Assembly: GCA_951406725.2 (NCBI GenBank)
Contig: OX597829.1
Coordinates: 41,416,001 to 41,480,000, forward strand
Direction: 5' to 3'
Source of the DNA: Octopus vulgaris
Lineage: Eukaryota
Length of the DNA: 64,000 nt
Position 1 is the stretch's first letter. The number at the start of each line of letters is the position of its first letter. The notes beneath the pieces were generated by a model. That model saw only the letters and a list, made by a program, of their open reading frames with translations, was not told where the DNA came from and ran no database searches. The position numbers were made by a program, and so were the translations under genes. Of this stretch, positions 13,836 to 27,790 are shown one piece after another.

Positions 13836-14049
13836 ATATGCCTTTAAAAAAATATATATATATAATATGCCCTTATAAAAATTATTGGTAGTAGACTCAT
13901 TTATTGAAAATGTTTAAAAAATTTAGATTGTTAAAATCACAGTATATAAAATAAAAAAAATATGCAACAAATCACTAACGTTGTGCTTCACTGAGGTTTT
14001 TTTCTTTTTTTTTTTTCGTGTTTTTGCAAATATTTCCTTTACAATTTCA

Positions 14050-15420
14050 ATTGATTACATTGAATTTCAAACAATCTACACATTTGAAATTGAAACTAAG
14101 ATACATGAAATAAAAGCATTGTTTATCAAAAACATCCATTCTCTTTCTTTCTTCTGACCATAGAATATCAGCCAAAGAAAAAACGTAAACTCATTCACAA
14201 TCAGATTTGTGTCTAAGAATCAAAGATAAATATGAACAAAATATGAAGAATTTACATTTTTGTTTTCCAAATTCTCTTTGACTAGAAACAACATTCCATT
14301 TATCTTGATAGTTTTTCTTTTTTCAGTCTGAATTTTTTTCAGTCTGAATTATTTTCAGTCTTATTATATATAATATTTCTTCTCAAAATGGCATATTCCT
14401 TAAACAAATTATTATCATTAAATTTGATGTTCGATTTGTGAAAATCTATGATTGATTCTTCAAATGCCTTCTATTCTGGAGACTTATTCAGAATCAGTCA
14501 GTGCAAAAAAATGAAATTGGTGTATTTTTTTAAAATCACTTTGTGAGATAATCTTGTGTTATTGTACAGGAAAAATTCAATAATATTTTCAAAATTTTAA
14601 ACTTTTTCATCATCATCAAAGTATTTCAGAATTTTCTATGCTTGACTGAAGAGAAAAAAAATCAGTAATTCTATTATTTCTGTAGTAGCAAAAATATTTC
14701 TTTCACCTCAAAAATTGTTTGATCTAATTTATCTACTTATGAATTCCAGAAAATTGTTCAAGCCAATACGTATAGCTCACCAAAATGATGATTGAAAAAA
14801 TTGACTAATAAATTAAAACTTATCTATAGACTAAAAATAAGATTTCAAACCTTTGAACATTTCTAAAATGTTTTATAACCCTAGAAAGTGAAAGCCAATG
14901 TGTTTCAGAGGAAGATAAAAGAATTTTGTGTTCAATGCCAAGAAAAGAACAGAAATCTTCCAAATTTTCTGTTTTCACAGTTGAATTACTGATGAAAGTA
15001 AATTTTCATTGTTATTAATTGAATTTCCTGTTTATGTCTCCCAGAAGCTTATTGAACTGTTTCGTGATCAAAAACGCAAGTAAAACAACCAGCTTCTTAA
15101 ATTTCATCGTTCAAAAGATTTAATTTATAAAAAATGTTTTCCTAGTCTTTACAACCAATTCCTTCAAAATTCATATTATGATCGGCAGCTACAAATGCTA
15201 CATGTTTTTTCTTAAGATATTTTGTTATTGTCCAAACATTTCTTTATAAAGCTAGCTACAGTTTTCTGATCTTTCATTTAGCAAAGTATTCAATGTTAAA
15301 ACTTTTTATTTGTTATACTTTTATATTTCAGCATCAAAACGCATTAGTAAAGGGAAAACATTTTCTGTTTAATGGTTGCTAACATTTATTGAAATTCCAT
15401 AAAAATTGCAGTTTTCCAAG
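14050..15420 (-). pseudogene. Heavily decayed hAT-superfamily transposase
   Basis: Minus-strand fragments GIEHKILLSSSETHWLSLSRVIK (TRWLS motif, ~14870-14940), LKSYF, and FSLADILWSEERKRMDV (hAT dimerisation ERxFS...W..ERxxL, ~14120-14190); many stops and frameshifts. Confidence 0.55.
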
Positions 15421-15446
15421 TCTTTTAAAAATGTATTGATTGCAAA

Positions 15447-15612
15447 AGGTGTAGGAGTGGCTGTGTGGTAAGTTGCTTGCTTATGAGCCACATGGTTCCA
15501 GGTTCAGTCCCACTATATAGCACCTTGGGCAAGTGCCTTCTACTATAGCCTCAGGCTGACCAAAGCCTTGTGAGTGGATTTGGTAGATGGAAACTGAAAG
15601 AAGCCCGTCGTA

Positions 15613-15697
<85 letters not shown>

Positions 15698-15888
15698 TTG
15701 TGTGTCTGTGTTTGTCCCCCCTCCCCCCAACATCGCTTGACAACCGATGCTGATGTGTTTATGTCCCCGTAACTTAGCAGTTCATTAAAAAAAGGACCCC
15801 GATAGAATAAGTACTAGGCTTACAATGAATAAGTCCTGGGGTCGATTTGCTTCACTAAAGGCGGTGCTCCAGCATGGCCGCAGTCAAA
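15447..15888 (+). mobile_element. SINE family A
   Basis: Head intact; tail clipped after CAGTCAAA. Confidence 0.9.
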
Positions 15889-16146
15889 GCATGTATTGTT
15901 GTTAAATGCTCGAAATATGAGACTAGAAAAACAGCCAACAACTGATGAAGGGTCGTTCTTTATATTATTTTTTTTGTTTTCCATTTCTCTCTTTTGTTGT
16001 TCGAAAGAATAGTTTATGTTCCATGCACTTATGCTTCATAACTTTTTGTTGTACACGTTTTGTAACATTTTGTGCCCACATATGCATATATGTAAGTATG
16101 TACATATAAGTATGTATATATGTATGTATATATATTATTTATGTTA

Positions 16147-16188
<42 letters not shown>

Positions 16189-16329
16189 TGTGTGTATAGA
16201 TATATGTATATCTATGTATATATACATATATTAAAGTAATAAAGTTAATGTGTGGTTATAGAGTGACCAATGGTTTCGCATCCACAAAAGCCATAGCTTC
16301 ATGGTCAACTCATGTGTATACATATATTT

Positions 16330-16700
16330 TGTTTCTGGATTTGGTTTGCAAGATTCTTTATGAGTTCGTGTGTTGAAGCATATTCTGTTGTGTCTGGGGA
16401 GAGTCATTTTCTTTTTGTGCCTTATTATGTAACACACTCACCGGTAACATTTCCACTTTTTCTTTTTTTTTTATTGTCCTAAAATTTTTGTTGCGTCTTG
16501 CAACCTTTTCAATAGTTTTGACTCTCTTCTTTATATGAGTTCGTGTGTTGAAGCATATTCTGTTGTGTCTGGGGAAAGTCGTTTTCTTTTTGTGCCTTAT
16601 TATGTAACACACTCACCAGTAAAATTTCCATGTTTTTCTTTTTTATATCGTCCTAAAATTTTTGTTGCATCTTACAACCTTTTCAATAGTTTATACTCAT
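16330..16700. repeat. Two tandem ~175-bp copies of a dispersed repeat (family D)
   Basis: GAGTTCGTGTGTTGAAGCATATTCTGTTGTGTCTGGGG occurs at ~16362 and ~16537; same family at 48690-49010. Confidence 0.85.
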
Positions 16701-16728
16701 ATATAGTTTATACACATATATACGTGTG

Positions 16729-16765
<37 letters not shown>

Positions 16766-16853
16766 ATATAAATACATAGATGTGTGTGTGTGTGTGTATG
16801 TATGTATGTGTATAGACAGACAGACAGACAGATAGATAGATATACATACATAC

Positions 16854-16929
<76 letters not shown>

Positions 16930-17287
16930 GATATGTAGATATGTAGATAGATATCCATTTATTTTTAAAAAATTTATTTGAATGCAGAAGAGGACAAAGG
17001 TTCTTATTTCATGTTTTTTGCTTTTTTTCTCTTGTAGAGAAACAAAATTCCATCCTTGGAATTTAGCTGTCAACAAATACACAGAATGAGAAATTAAGCT
17101 TTTAAGAAATGCTGGCATATTTTCCCTGTTCTGTTTATAGAAAACACACTAGATGGTCTTTTTATAGAATACATACTAGATAATATTTTTCTTTTACTGG
17201 AAAGCTCATGTTTTCAATATTTACTTAATCATTTAATACAGCAATGATGTATACTCATAACCATAGGTAAAAATATAAATTCAAATT

Positions 17288-17459
17288 AGGCGTAGGAGTG
17301 GCTGTGTGGTAAGTAGTTTGTTTACCAACCACATGGTTCCGGGTTCAGTCCCATTGCGTGGCACCCTGGGCAAGTGTCTTCTACTAAAGCCTCGGGCTGA
17401 CCAAAGCCTTGTGAGTGGATTTGGTAGACGGAAACTGAAAGAAGCCCGTCGTATATATG

Positions 17460-17494
<35 letters not shown>

Positions 17495-17716
17495 GTATGT
17501 GTGTGTATATGTTGTGAGTCTGCGTTTGTCCCCCCAACCGATGCTGGTGTGTTTACGTCCCCGTAACTTAGCAGCTCGGCAAAAGAGACCGATAGAATAA
17601 GTACTGGGCTTACAAAGAATAAGTCCTGGTGTCGATTTGCTCGACTAAAGGCGGTGCTCCAGCATGGCCACAGTCACATGACTGAAACAAGTAAAAAGTA
17701 AAAGTAAAAAGTAAAG
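17288..17716 (+). mobile_element. SINE family A
   Basis: Full head and (AAAAGT)n tail. Confidence 0.9.
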
Positions 17717-17997
17717 TGTGAATATGTGTATATCTTCTTTTATGTTTCACTCATTTCAGTCACTGGACTGCCGCCCTGTTTGGGCTTTCATTGAATAGTT
17801 TAGTTTAACAAACTGAGCCCCGGAACTTATTTTCATATGTCTGATACGTATTCCATTGGTTCTCTTTTTGCTTTACTGTTAAGTTGCAGGGATCTAAACA
17901 AAACCAACAAGCACCAGTTGTTAAGCAGTGGAGCACAAACATAAACACGAAGACACACACACACACACACACACTGATATGTATATTATTTATATTC

Positions 17998-18235
17998 AAG
18001 GTGGTGAGCTGGCAGAAACGTTAGCACGCCGGGCGAAATGCATAGCTGTATTTTGTCTGCCGTTACTTTCTGAGTTCAAATTCCGCTGAGGTCGACTTTG
18101 CCTTTCATCCTTTTGGGGTTGATTAAATAAGTACCAGTTACGCACTGGGGTCGATGTAATCGACTTAATCTGTGTATCTGTCGTTGTTTGTCCCTTCTGT
18201 GTTTAGCCCCTTGTGGGTAGTAAAGAAATAGGTAT
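17998..18235 (+). mobile_element. SINE family B
   Basis: Full-length match to the 4838 copy. Confidence 0.9.
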
Positions 18236-18784
18236 TCTTACAAACTGAGTCCTCAATTTGTTCCACTTGCTAAAAGCTTTGCAAAGTACCAGCTATCCTC
18301 AGGAGACACATTCGTGTCCATAGAACATGATTACTGCTTTATTTTACTGACCGTCATTTGTTGTTCATGATGAGAGAATTTATCACACACACATACACAA
18401 GTGTGTGTGTGTGAGTGTGTGTGTGTGTGTGTGTGTGTCTATAACAGGTTTATTGCAGTTTTTGTGTAGCAAATCCACTGAGAAGGCTTTTGTTGGCCTT
18501 GATCTATTGTAGAAGAAACTTGGCCAAGATGTCATGGAATGGATCTGAACCTGGAACCCCGTGACTGGGAAGCAAATTTCATGCTTATTCATTTTTTTTT
18601 TCATCATTTGCTGGGTTTGAAAGAAAGGAGCAGTTTCCATGGCCTTTGTAGGAACTTGTATGTCTTTGAGACAAGATACACTCACTTTTTGCATGAATTA
18701 TTGTGAGTGAATACTTGTGAGAAAGAGGTGCTCAGGAAGTGCAAAGCTAAGGGTAGACATTCTGGGAAGAAATAAATAGATGCA

Positions 18785-18846
18785 TATATGTGTGTATGTA
18801 TGTATGTATGTATGTATGTATGTATGTATGTATGTATGTATGTATG

Positions 18847-18885
<39 letters not shown>

Positions 18886-18908
18886 ATGTATGAATGTGTG
18901 TGTGTGTA

Positions 18909-18941
<33 letters not shown>

Positions 18942-18972
18942 GTGTGTGTGTATATATGTATGTATGTATGAA

Positions 18973-19003
<31 letters not shown>

Positions 19004-19275
19004 ATGTATGTATGTATGTGTGTATGTATGTATGTATGTATGTATGTATGTATGTATGTATGCATGTATGCATGCATGCATGCATGTATGTATGTATGTA
19101 TGTATGTATGTATGTATGTGTGTATGTATGTATGTATGTATGTATGTATGAATGTGTGTGTGTGTATGTATGTATGTATGTATGTATGTACGTATGAATG
19201 TATGTGTGTGTGTGTGTATGTATGTGTGTATGTATGTATGTATGTATGTACGTATGTATGTAAATACGTATGTAT
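18785..19275. repeat. (TATG)n/(TG)n compound microsatellite
   Basis: Read directly. Confidence 0.95.
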
Positions 19276-19319
19276 TCTTTTTCCTTTTGTTTCACATTAC
19301 TTTATACCATAGTGAGATT

Positions 19320-20160
19320 TGGTGAAACTCTCAACAAACGCTGCATGCTGTATGAATGCAAAAGAGGCTCTTCAACAATATAAGTGGCAAGAAATATTCA
19401 TTCTGTTTATGAAAATGAAACTCAAAGTGCCCAGACAAACCAGCGATAGTCTGACCAGTTTCGCTAAGGGGAATTTTTCTCTCACTGATCTCTCTTCAAC
19501 TGGACAACCAAATTCATTCAATATTGAGCTTCTGAAATCTGTAGTTAAGGAAAACCAAAGGCAACTGCATGAGAACTAGCAAAACAGTTTGATTCAAGCC
19601 ACACTTTGATCATAAGACACATTGACTGACGATCCAGGGAAAGTGTTTAAAAATAATCAGTGGATACCCTCGTTATCTGACTTCTCGCCTTAATCAAAAT
19701 CCTGCTCTCTGCTCGTCATTTAAGAGTAGACTTGCTATAGAACCTTTTCTGGGTAGAATCATAGATTATGTGAATATTGTTTGAAAATAATTGTTCGTAA
19801 ACAATTATTCGTAAGCAATTATTTGGAAACAATTATTCGAAAAACATTTATTTGTATGGGAAATTGTATGAATGAAAATTGTTCAGAAGGACAATTATAT
19901 GAAATGATAATTATTATAAATTTTTTATTTTGCTTAAACAAAAATAATAAAATTAAAAAATCAAGTACACAAATGAAAATTTATTTTGAATAGCTGTTTT
20001 CCGAATAATTGTTTTTGAATAATTTTTTTTGAATAATTAATTATTTTCAATTTTCGTGATTCGGAATCATAGAAAATGGGTTCTTATCCAATGACAACAA
20101 TAAAGTATCCAATGGAAATGGAGGCTCCTCCCCCACCAAACTAGATCTACTACCAGAAAA
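19320..20160 (+). pseudogene. Decayed mariner transposase N-terminal half, interrupted by a ~300-bp AT-rich insertion
   Basis: Fragments FAKGNFSLTDLSSTGQP...LLKSVVKENQRQ, ELAKQF, GKV...WIP and FLGRII...KWVL match mariner HTH, WVPHEL and TGDEKWV regions; insertion at ~19765-20070 flanked by duplicated GAATCATAG. Confidence 0.6.
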
Positions 20161-20326
20161 ATTAGCGTTACTTGATCAGGATTAACGGAGATTTTCCTCT
20201 GCAAGTTACAAAGTGACTCAAACAGTGCTGGTGTTACAAAAAAAACACCCAGTATCCTTCAAGTTTTGGAAATTGATCTGAATAGGGACAATGTTGGACA
20301 TATAGTCACGCAAGTGAAATCGAAAT

Positions 20327-20670
20327 CGAAATCAAATTCGATGACTGGCATCAGTGTTAGTGGAGAACTAAGAGCACCATCTGAACATGATCATTGCCAG
20401 AGCAGCTAACTGGCTTCTGTGCTGGTGGCACGTAAAAAGGACCATTCGAGCATGATTGTTACCAGTGTCGCCTTACTGGCACGTAAAAGCACCCACTACA
20501 CTCTCAGAGTGGTTGGTGTTAGGAAGGGGATCCAGCTGTAGAAACTCCGTCAGATCAAAATTGAAGCCTGGGTTAGCCATATGGCTCGCCAGCCCTCAGT
20601 CATACGTCCAACCCATGCTAGCATGGAAAGCGAACGTTAAACGATGATGATGATGATGATAATGATGATG
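20327..20670 (+). mobile_element. RTE 3' UTR fragment (family C) with short module array
   Basis: Matches the 3' UTR of the RTE at 20941-21728; (GAT)n tail. Confidence 0.85.
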
Positions 20671-20940
20671 ATCTATATCTACATGCATAGCAGCATGAAA
20701 AGTTGGGTGAGTTTACCTGATTAGATGTTTTTTACATGGATTGATAGCAATATTAAGTCACAATTGCATTGATGTTTGATTTACTTGCTTATGGGTAGCA
20801 ACGTTCAATATAAACTCATTGGAATAAAACTGAACTCGTTTTTCATTTCAGTTTTGGGCGTCTTGTAGATTGCCTATCCAAGTGGACATTCCAAAATGAT
20901 TATGCTGAGGGGTATATATATATATATATACATATATATA

Positions 20941-21726
20941 AGGCAGACTGTATGATGCATGTGTACGAACAGCCATGCTACATGGTAGTGAAACATGGGC
21001 CGTGACTGCTGAGGATATGCGTAAGCTTACAAGGAATGAAGCCAGTATGCTCCGATGGATGTGTAATGTCAGTGTTCATAATCGACAGAGTGTAAGTACC
21101 TTGAGAGAAAAGTTGGACCTAAGAAGCATCAGTTGTGGTGTGCAAGAGAGACGTTTGCGCTGGTATGGTCATGTGATGAGAATGGCTGAAGATAGTTGTG
21201 TGAAAAAGTGCCACACCCTAGCGGTTGAGGGAACCTGTGGAAGAGGTAGACCCAGGAAAACCTGGGACGAGGTGGTGAAGCACGACCTTCGAACTTTAGG
21301 TCTCACCGAGGAAATGACTAGAGACCGAGACCTATGGAAGTATGCTGTGCGTGAAAAGACCCGACAAGCCAAGTGAGACCATAACCCATGGCCTCTACCT
21401 GGAATGTAGCCAGTCCACTTATGCATACCTTTCCTTCTTGGGACACAAAACTCTACTTGTGAAGACCTGTTGAGGCAAGTGAGAATCAGAATCAAAATCG
21501 AAATCAATCAACATCAATGGAAATTGTAGCTGTGATACCAGTGCCGGTGGCATGTAAAAAGCACCCACTACACTCACGGAGTGGTTGGCGTTAGGAAGGG
21601 CATCCAGCTGTAGAAACATTGCCAGATCAGACTGGGCCTGGTGCAGCCTTCTGGCCTCCCAGACCCCAGTTGAACCGTCCAACCCATGCTAGCATGGAAA
21701 GCGGACACTAAGTGATGATGATGATG

Positions 21727-21728
<2 letters not shown>
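20941..21728 (+). mobile_element. 5'-truncated RTE-clade LINE (C-terminal ORF to 21376 plus 3' UTR)
   Basis: LHGSETW...E..MLRWM...RRLRWYGHVMRM...GRGRPRKTW is a typical RTE C-terminus; starts within (TA)n, ends in (GAT)n. Confidence 0.92.
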
Positions 21729-21763
<35 letters not shown>

Positions 21764-22027
21764 TACACACACACACATATCTGTATTTCAATGTGTACAA
21801 ATAACCAAGAAAAAATAAATAAAATGTTATCAAGGTAGCAAAAATTCACATAAGTGCCAAGGATATTACAGCCTACTTATAAAAGTAGAAATTCCAGAGT
21901 TAAGTGAAATGTTTTTGTATAACATGGATACATTCAGAAATGGAGTCAAACACAGGTATTATTCAAATAATTTATACTTCCAATATATGTTTCAAAAAAA
22001 GCATATGTATGCATAGATGTATAAACG

Positions 22028-22064
<37 letters not shown>

Positions 22065-22239
22065 TCAAAATAAGTAACAAGAACATCTTCGGTAATTTGG
22101 TACGATCGTTTCATGCTACCTCATTTTATTAAACATTGTAAGTATTACAACAGTTTTAATTATAATCACCCCATGGATTTATATGGATAACACCATACAA
22201 ATTTCTGGTGCATCTTGCTTAAGTACCAAATTCATTTGA

Positions 22240-22899
<660 letters not shown>

Positions 22900-23240
22900 C
22901 ATATATATATATATATTAGGTACGTACATATATGTTTATATATATGCATATGTTCTATTTTATTAACATATATATATATATATATATATATCTGGACATT
23001 TGTAAAAAGATAGTGACAATGACAAAAGGTTAAGTATGTATGAAGCAGGAAAAAATATTAAAGATATTAAAAAGAAGAAAACAGCAACTGACATATTGAC
23101 TTTGAATGTTTGTTATGACTAACTGAAACACAACAGGAAGTTTCCTGGGAGCTTGGGAGTCACTACATGATTGACCACCCTGCTAGGAACAACCTCACAA
23201 TAGTATAAAGATTTATATCTGTATGTATGTATGTACATAC

Positions 23241-23271
<31 letters not shown>

Positions 23272-23379
23272 TGTATGTATGTATGTATGTATGTATGTAT
23301 GCATGTGTGTTTGTGCGTATGTGTGTATGTATGAATGTATATATGGATGAGTGTGTAAATATATTTATATATGTATGTA

Positions 23380-23446
<67 letters not shown>

Positions 23447-23650
23447 TTATCTATCTATCAATCTGTGTGCATGCATACATGTAGATGTATATGTACATAT
23501 ACATAAACACACACACACACACATACACACATACACACACAGACATATACACACACGCACATACAAACACGCACATATAAATATATATATATTTATATAT
23601 ATATATACATATACATACACACACACACACATATATATATTCATATATAT

Positions 23651-23770
23651 AAGGCAGCGAGATGGCGAAAACATTAGCACACCAGGTGAAATGCTTAGCA
23701 GTATTTCGTCTGTCGTTATGTTCTGAGTTCAAATTCCGCTGAGGTCGACTTTGCCTTTCATCCTTTCATC
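23651..23770 (+). mobile_element. SINE family B, 5' half
   Basis: Head plus start of the central domain only. Confidence 0.8.
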
Positions 23771-24307
23771 CTAATATACATAATGTTTGAAAAGAAAAAT
23801 GAAGTGTATTACATTTGGTCAAGAATGTAAAATTAAGACAGGGTGGTTATGGTTGGAGCATCTTTGATCATATAGCAGTTCAATCAGGGCCAAGCTAAGA
23901 TTAAAACAACAACTACAAAAACAATTGCAGCAAACAGTAAGTGTGAACAGATTCATAATATTCATAGTATGCATTCATGCATGCTAAAGAGAAAACCTCT
24001 AACAGGTCATTTGACTTGCTGGAAAACGCAGCTGAAATCTTCATTGTATCACACCTTGCTATCTTAAAAAGGATATTCTTGATTGTGTAATTTGAAAAAT
24101 ACAAGGCTTCCTATAAAAAAAAAAAATATTCAATGGTTATCAATAAAATGGCTTTCAAATTAGCGTTACTTGATCAGGATTAACGGGGATTTTCCTCTGC
24201 AAGTTACAAAGTGACTCTAACAGTGCTGGTGTTACAAAAAAAAACACTCAGTATCCTTCAAGTTTTGGAAATTGATCTGAATAGGGACAATGTTGGACAT
24301 ATAGTCA

Positions 24308-24804
24308 TGCAAGTGAAATTGAAATCGAAATCAAATTCGATGACTGGCATCAGTGTTAGTGGAGAACTAAGAGCACCATCCGAGCATGATCGTTGCCAGA
24401 GCAGCTAACTAGCTTCTGTGCCGGTAGCACATAAAAAGCACCATTCGTGCATGATTGTTACCAGTGTCGCCTCACTGGCACTTGTGCTGGTGGCACGTGA
24501 AAAAAACATTCGAGCAAGGTCGTTGCCAGTGCCGCTGGACTGGCTCCTGTGCAGGAGGCACATAAAAAGCACCATTTGAGCATGGCTGTTGCCAGTATCG
24601 CCTGACTGGCCCTTGTGCTGGTGGCACGTAAAAGCACCCACTACACTCTTGGAGTGGTTGGTGTTAGGAAGGGCATCCAGCTGTAGAAACTCTGTCAGAT
24701 CAAAATTGGAGCCTGGGGCAGTCATCTGCTTTGCCTGTCCCCAGTCAAATCGTCCAACCCATGCTAGCATGGAAGCGGATGTTAAACGACGATGATGATG
24801 ATGA
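24308..24804 (+). mobile_element. RTE 3' UTR fragment (family C) with five modules
   Basis: Longest array copy in the window; (GAT)n tail. Confidence 0.88.
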
Positions 24805-24814
24805 TATATATATT

Positions 24815-24977
24815 AGGCACTGGAGTGGCTGTGTGGTAAGTAGCTTGCTTACAAACCACATGGTTCCGGGTTCAGTCCCACTGCGTGACACATTGGGCAA
24901 GTGTCTTCTACTATAGCCTCAGGCCGACCAGAGCCTTGTTTGTGGATATGGTAGACAGAAACTTAAAGAAGCCCATC

Positions 24978-25038
<61 letters not shown>

Positions 25039-25220
25039 GTGTGTCTGTGTTTGTCCCCCATTCCCCAACATCCCTTGACAACTGATGCTGGTGTGTTTAG
25101 GTCTTTGAAACTTAACGGTTCAGCAAAAGAGACCAATAGAATAAGTACTAGGCTTAGAAAGAATAAATCCCGGGGTCAATTTCCTCAACTAAACCCGATG
25201 CTTCAGCATGGCCACAGTCA
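24815..25220 (+). mobile_element. SINE family A, diverged
   Basis: Head, (TG)n core and tail recognisable. Confidence 0.85.
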
Positions 25221-25280
25221 TATAGACATGCTGCATGTCTATATTCAGACATTTGGATTGCCTGCATGGACTCATATATA

Positions 25281-25508
25281 TTTCTTTACTACCCATAAGG
25301 GGCTAAACACAGAGGGGACAAACAAGGACAGACAAAGGGATTAAGTCGATTCCATCGACCCCAGTGCGTAACTGGTACTTAATTTATCGACCCCGAAAGG
25401 ATGAAAGGCAAAGTCGACCTCGGCGGAATTTGAACTCAGAACGTAACGGCAGACAAAATACGGCTACGCATTTCGTCCAGCATGCTAACGTTTCTGCCAG
25501 CTCGCCGC
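25281..25508 (-). mobile_element. SINE family B
   Basis: Full-length reverse copy. Confidence 0.9.
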
Positions 25509-25514
25509 ATGTTA

Positions 25515-25800
25515 TATGCATGGACTCATATAACAGACCAACATCAGCAATGTCATTCATTGTCCTCCAACGATTCTCATGCACATACTTATGAATTTTC
25601 CCCACATTTCTGGGAGTGATGCTTGTGGCAGGTCATCCAGATTGCTCAGGGATGTTCTTCTGCTTTTGAAGTGGCTGAACCACTCAAAACTGTGTATGGC
25701 CCATTGTCTCATCACTACAAACTTCCTGAAGTTTGCTCAATGAATCTGTAGCAGACTTGCCAAGTTTAATGCAAAACTTCACACTGGCTCTTTATTCATG
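25515..25800 (-). pseudogene. Decayed mariner transposase N-terminus
   Basis: RASVKFCIKLGKSATDS...FEWFSHFK...NVGKIHKYVHENRWRTMNDIA matches the mariner QRxxIKFCxKLGKxATE HTH region. Confidence 0.7.
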
Positions 25801-25869
25801 TCTATGGCAAAATCACAGACTACAGCACACACGTGATGTTACTTGGCACACTGAAATACCAGAACTATC

Positions 25870-27600
25870 TCAGGGGTCCAATCTTCTTGGAAGTGGTAAA
25901 CTCTATTAAACAGATCTCTTCTGGTAAAGCACCTGGCAAGGATGCTATTCCTCCTGAAATCTACAAACATGGTGGACAGAAGCTTTTTAAGAAAATGCAA
26001 GTCCTCTTCATAAGCATTTGGAAGGTAGGCCATGTACCACATAACTTCAAGGATGCCTCAGTTCAACATCTTTATAAAGAAACAGAAGTGTCTGTGATAA
26101 TCATCGTGGGATATCGCTTCTGTCTATTGCTGGTAAGATTCTTGCTCAACTCTTTCTTGACACGATCATCAAACACATTGTAAATGATATCTACCCAGAA
26201 TCACAGTGTAGATTTCACTCTGGTCGTGGCACTATCGACATGATCTTTTCCCTCCGAAAGGTCATGTAGAAGGTATGTGAGAAAAATCAAGAATTGTTCT
26301 TGATATCCGCTTGCCTCACCAAGGCCTCCGACATTGTTAACTGTCAAGCACTATTGAAAGTTGTTATAAAGTCTTGTATACCTGACAAGATGTTGAATGT
26401 TATCATCTCCTTTCATGAGGGAATGAAGGCAGCTATCGTGTCTGGTGGAAAATCTTGCGGTTCCTTCGACATTACAAACAGCACAAAACAAGATTGTGTT
26501 GTGGCCCCTATTTTGTTTGCACTCTTCTTTTCAGTGATACTGAGGTATGCTTTTGGTGACATACAAAGTGGTGCTGAATTCCAGTTCCGAACAAGTGGTG
26601 GCCTATTCAATCATCAGCGATTCAAAGCCAGAACACTGCTACGCATCAGTATCATTTGTGATCTACTTTTTGCAGATGATGCTGCACTAGTAGCGACCTC
26701 TTTAGAAGAAGTTCAGGAACTTCTAGACTAGTTTTCTGCTGCATGTAAAGCCTTTGGTTTGACCATCAGCATAAAGCAGACAGAAGTAATCCACAACCTT
26801 GCCCTACTCCTAAATAAATTCAAGGTATCAAGCAGAGGCCACTGGTTCACAGTTTTCCTGAAACTCCTATACAGGTTGATGGGAAAAGCCTAAATTATGT
26901 GAAGTCATTTACATATCTTAACAGAAAAGTGAATTAGTGCGTTTCCCTTGATGATGAAATCGTCAACCGCCTTGCAAAGGCAACCAAAGCATTCGGCAAA
27001 CTCTGTCATCGCCTATGGAATGAAAGGGGCATCAAATTTGACACCAAAGTACAGGTCTATAATGATACCATTCTTACTACTCTCTTGTATGCCTCAGAAT
27101 CAAGGATAACACATTAAGTAACTAGACATCTTCCACAAAGACTGTCTGAGGACAATCTACGGTTATTCTCTAAAAGACAGAGATTCTAATGCCGAATTGT
27201 TTAGCAAGTCTAAGATTGGTGGAATTGATAGCTTCCTTATTCAGTCACAATTGCGTTGGGCTGGCCATGTCATCAGAATGAGTTATGAAAAAATACCCAA
27301 AGTCCTCACGTACAGCCAGTTTGAAAGTGGGCACATGAATGTTGGTCGACCATGGCTCAGATATAAGGACAAGCTGAAGAGTAATCTCTTAGAAATGAAG
27401 ATAGTTCGCAACATCATTGAGCGAACAGCCTTGGAACAAACAAAATGGTTTTAAAAACATTGTTGCAACCAGGATTAACAGGCTTCAGGGTGCAAGGCAA
27501 AGGAGAAAAATGGCTGTAAATATACCACCTGCACTGACCTGTAATCCTCATACTCGCAACGTCTGTGGCCTTCTTTGCAAAATCGTTGGCGGAACTTAAA
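25870..27600 (+). mobile_element. Decayed RTE (BovB-like) LINE, RT domain and C-terminus
   Basis: GKAPGKDAIPPEIYK, NHRGISLL, PESQC.F..GR.T.DM.F, KQDCVVAPILF, LLFADD, QLRWAGHVIRM..IPK; multiple stops and frameshifts. Confidence 0.92.
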
Positions 27601-27695
27601 TGTTACATTTGACATAAGCATTATGATTGACAAAGAAAAAGTATGTTGTCAGAGCCACATATGTCAAAACAGATGGAAGAATCCATCACACACAC

Positions 27696-27790
<95 letters not shown>

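Noticed and set aside
24340-24640. CRISPR-like repeat-spacer appearance of the 65-nt array
   Set aside because: The spacers are homologous to each other, the array is in a LINE 3' UTR of a eukaryote, and no cas genes are present.
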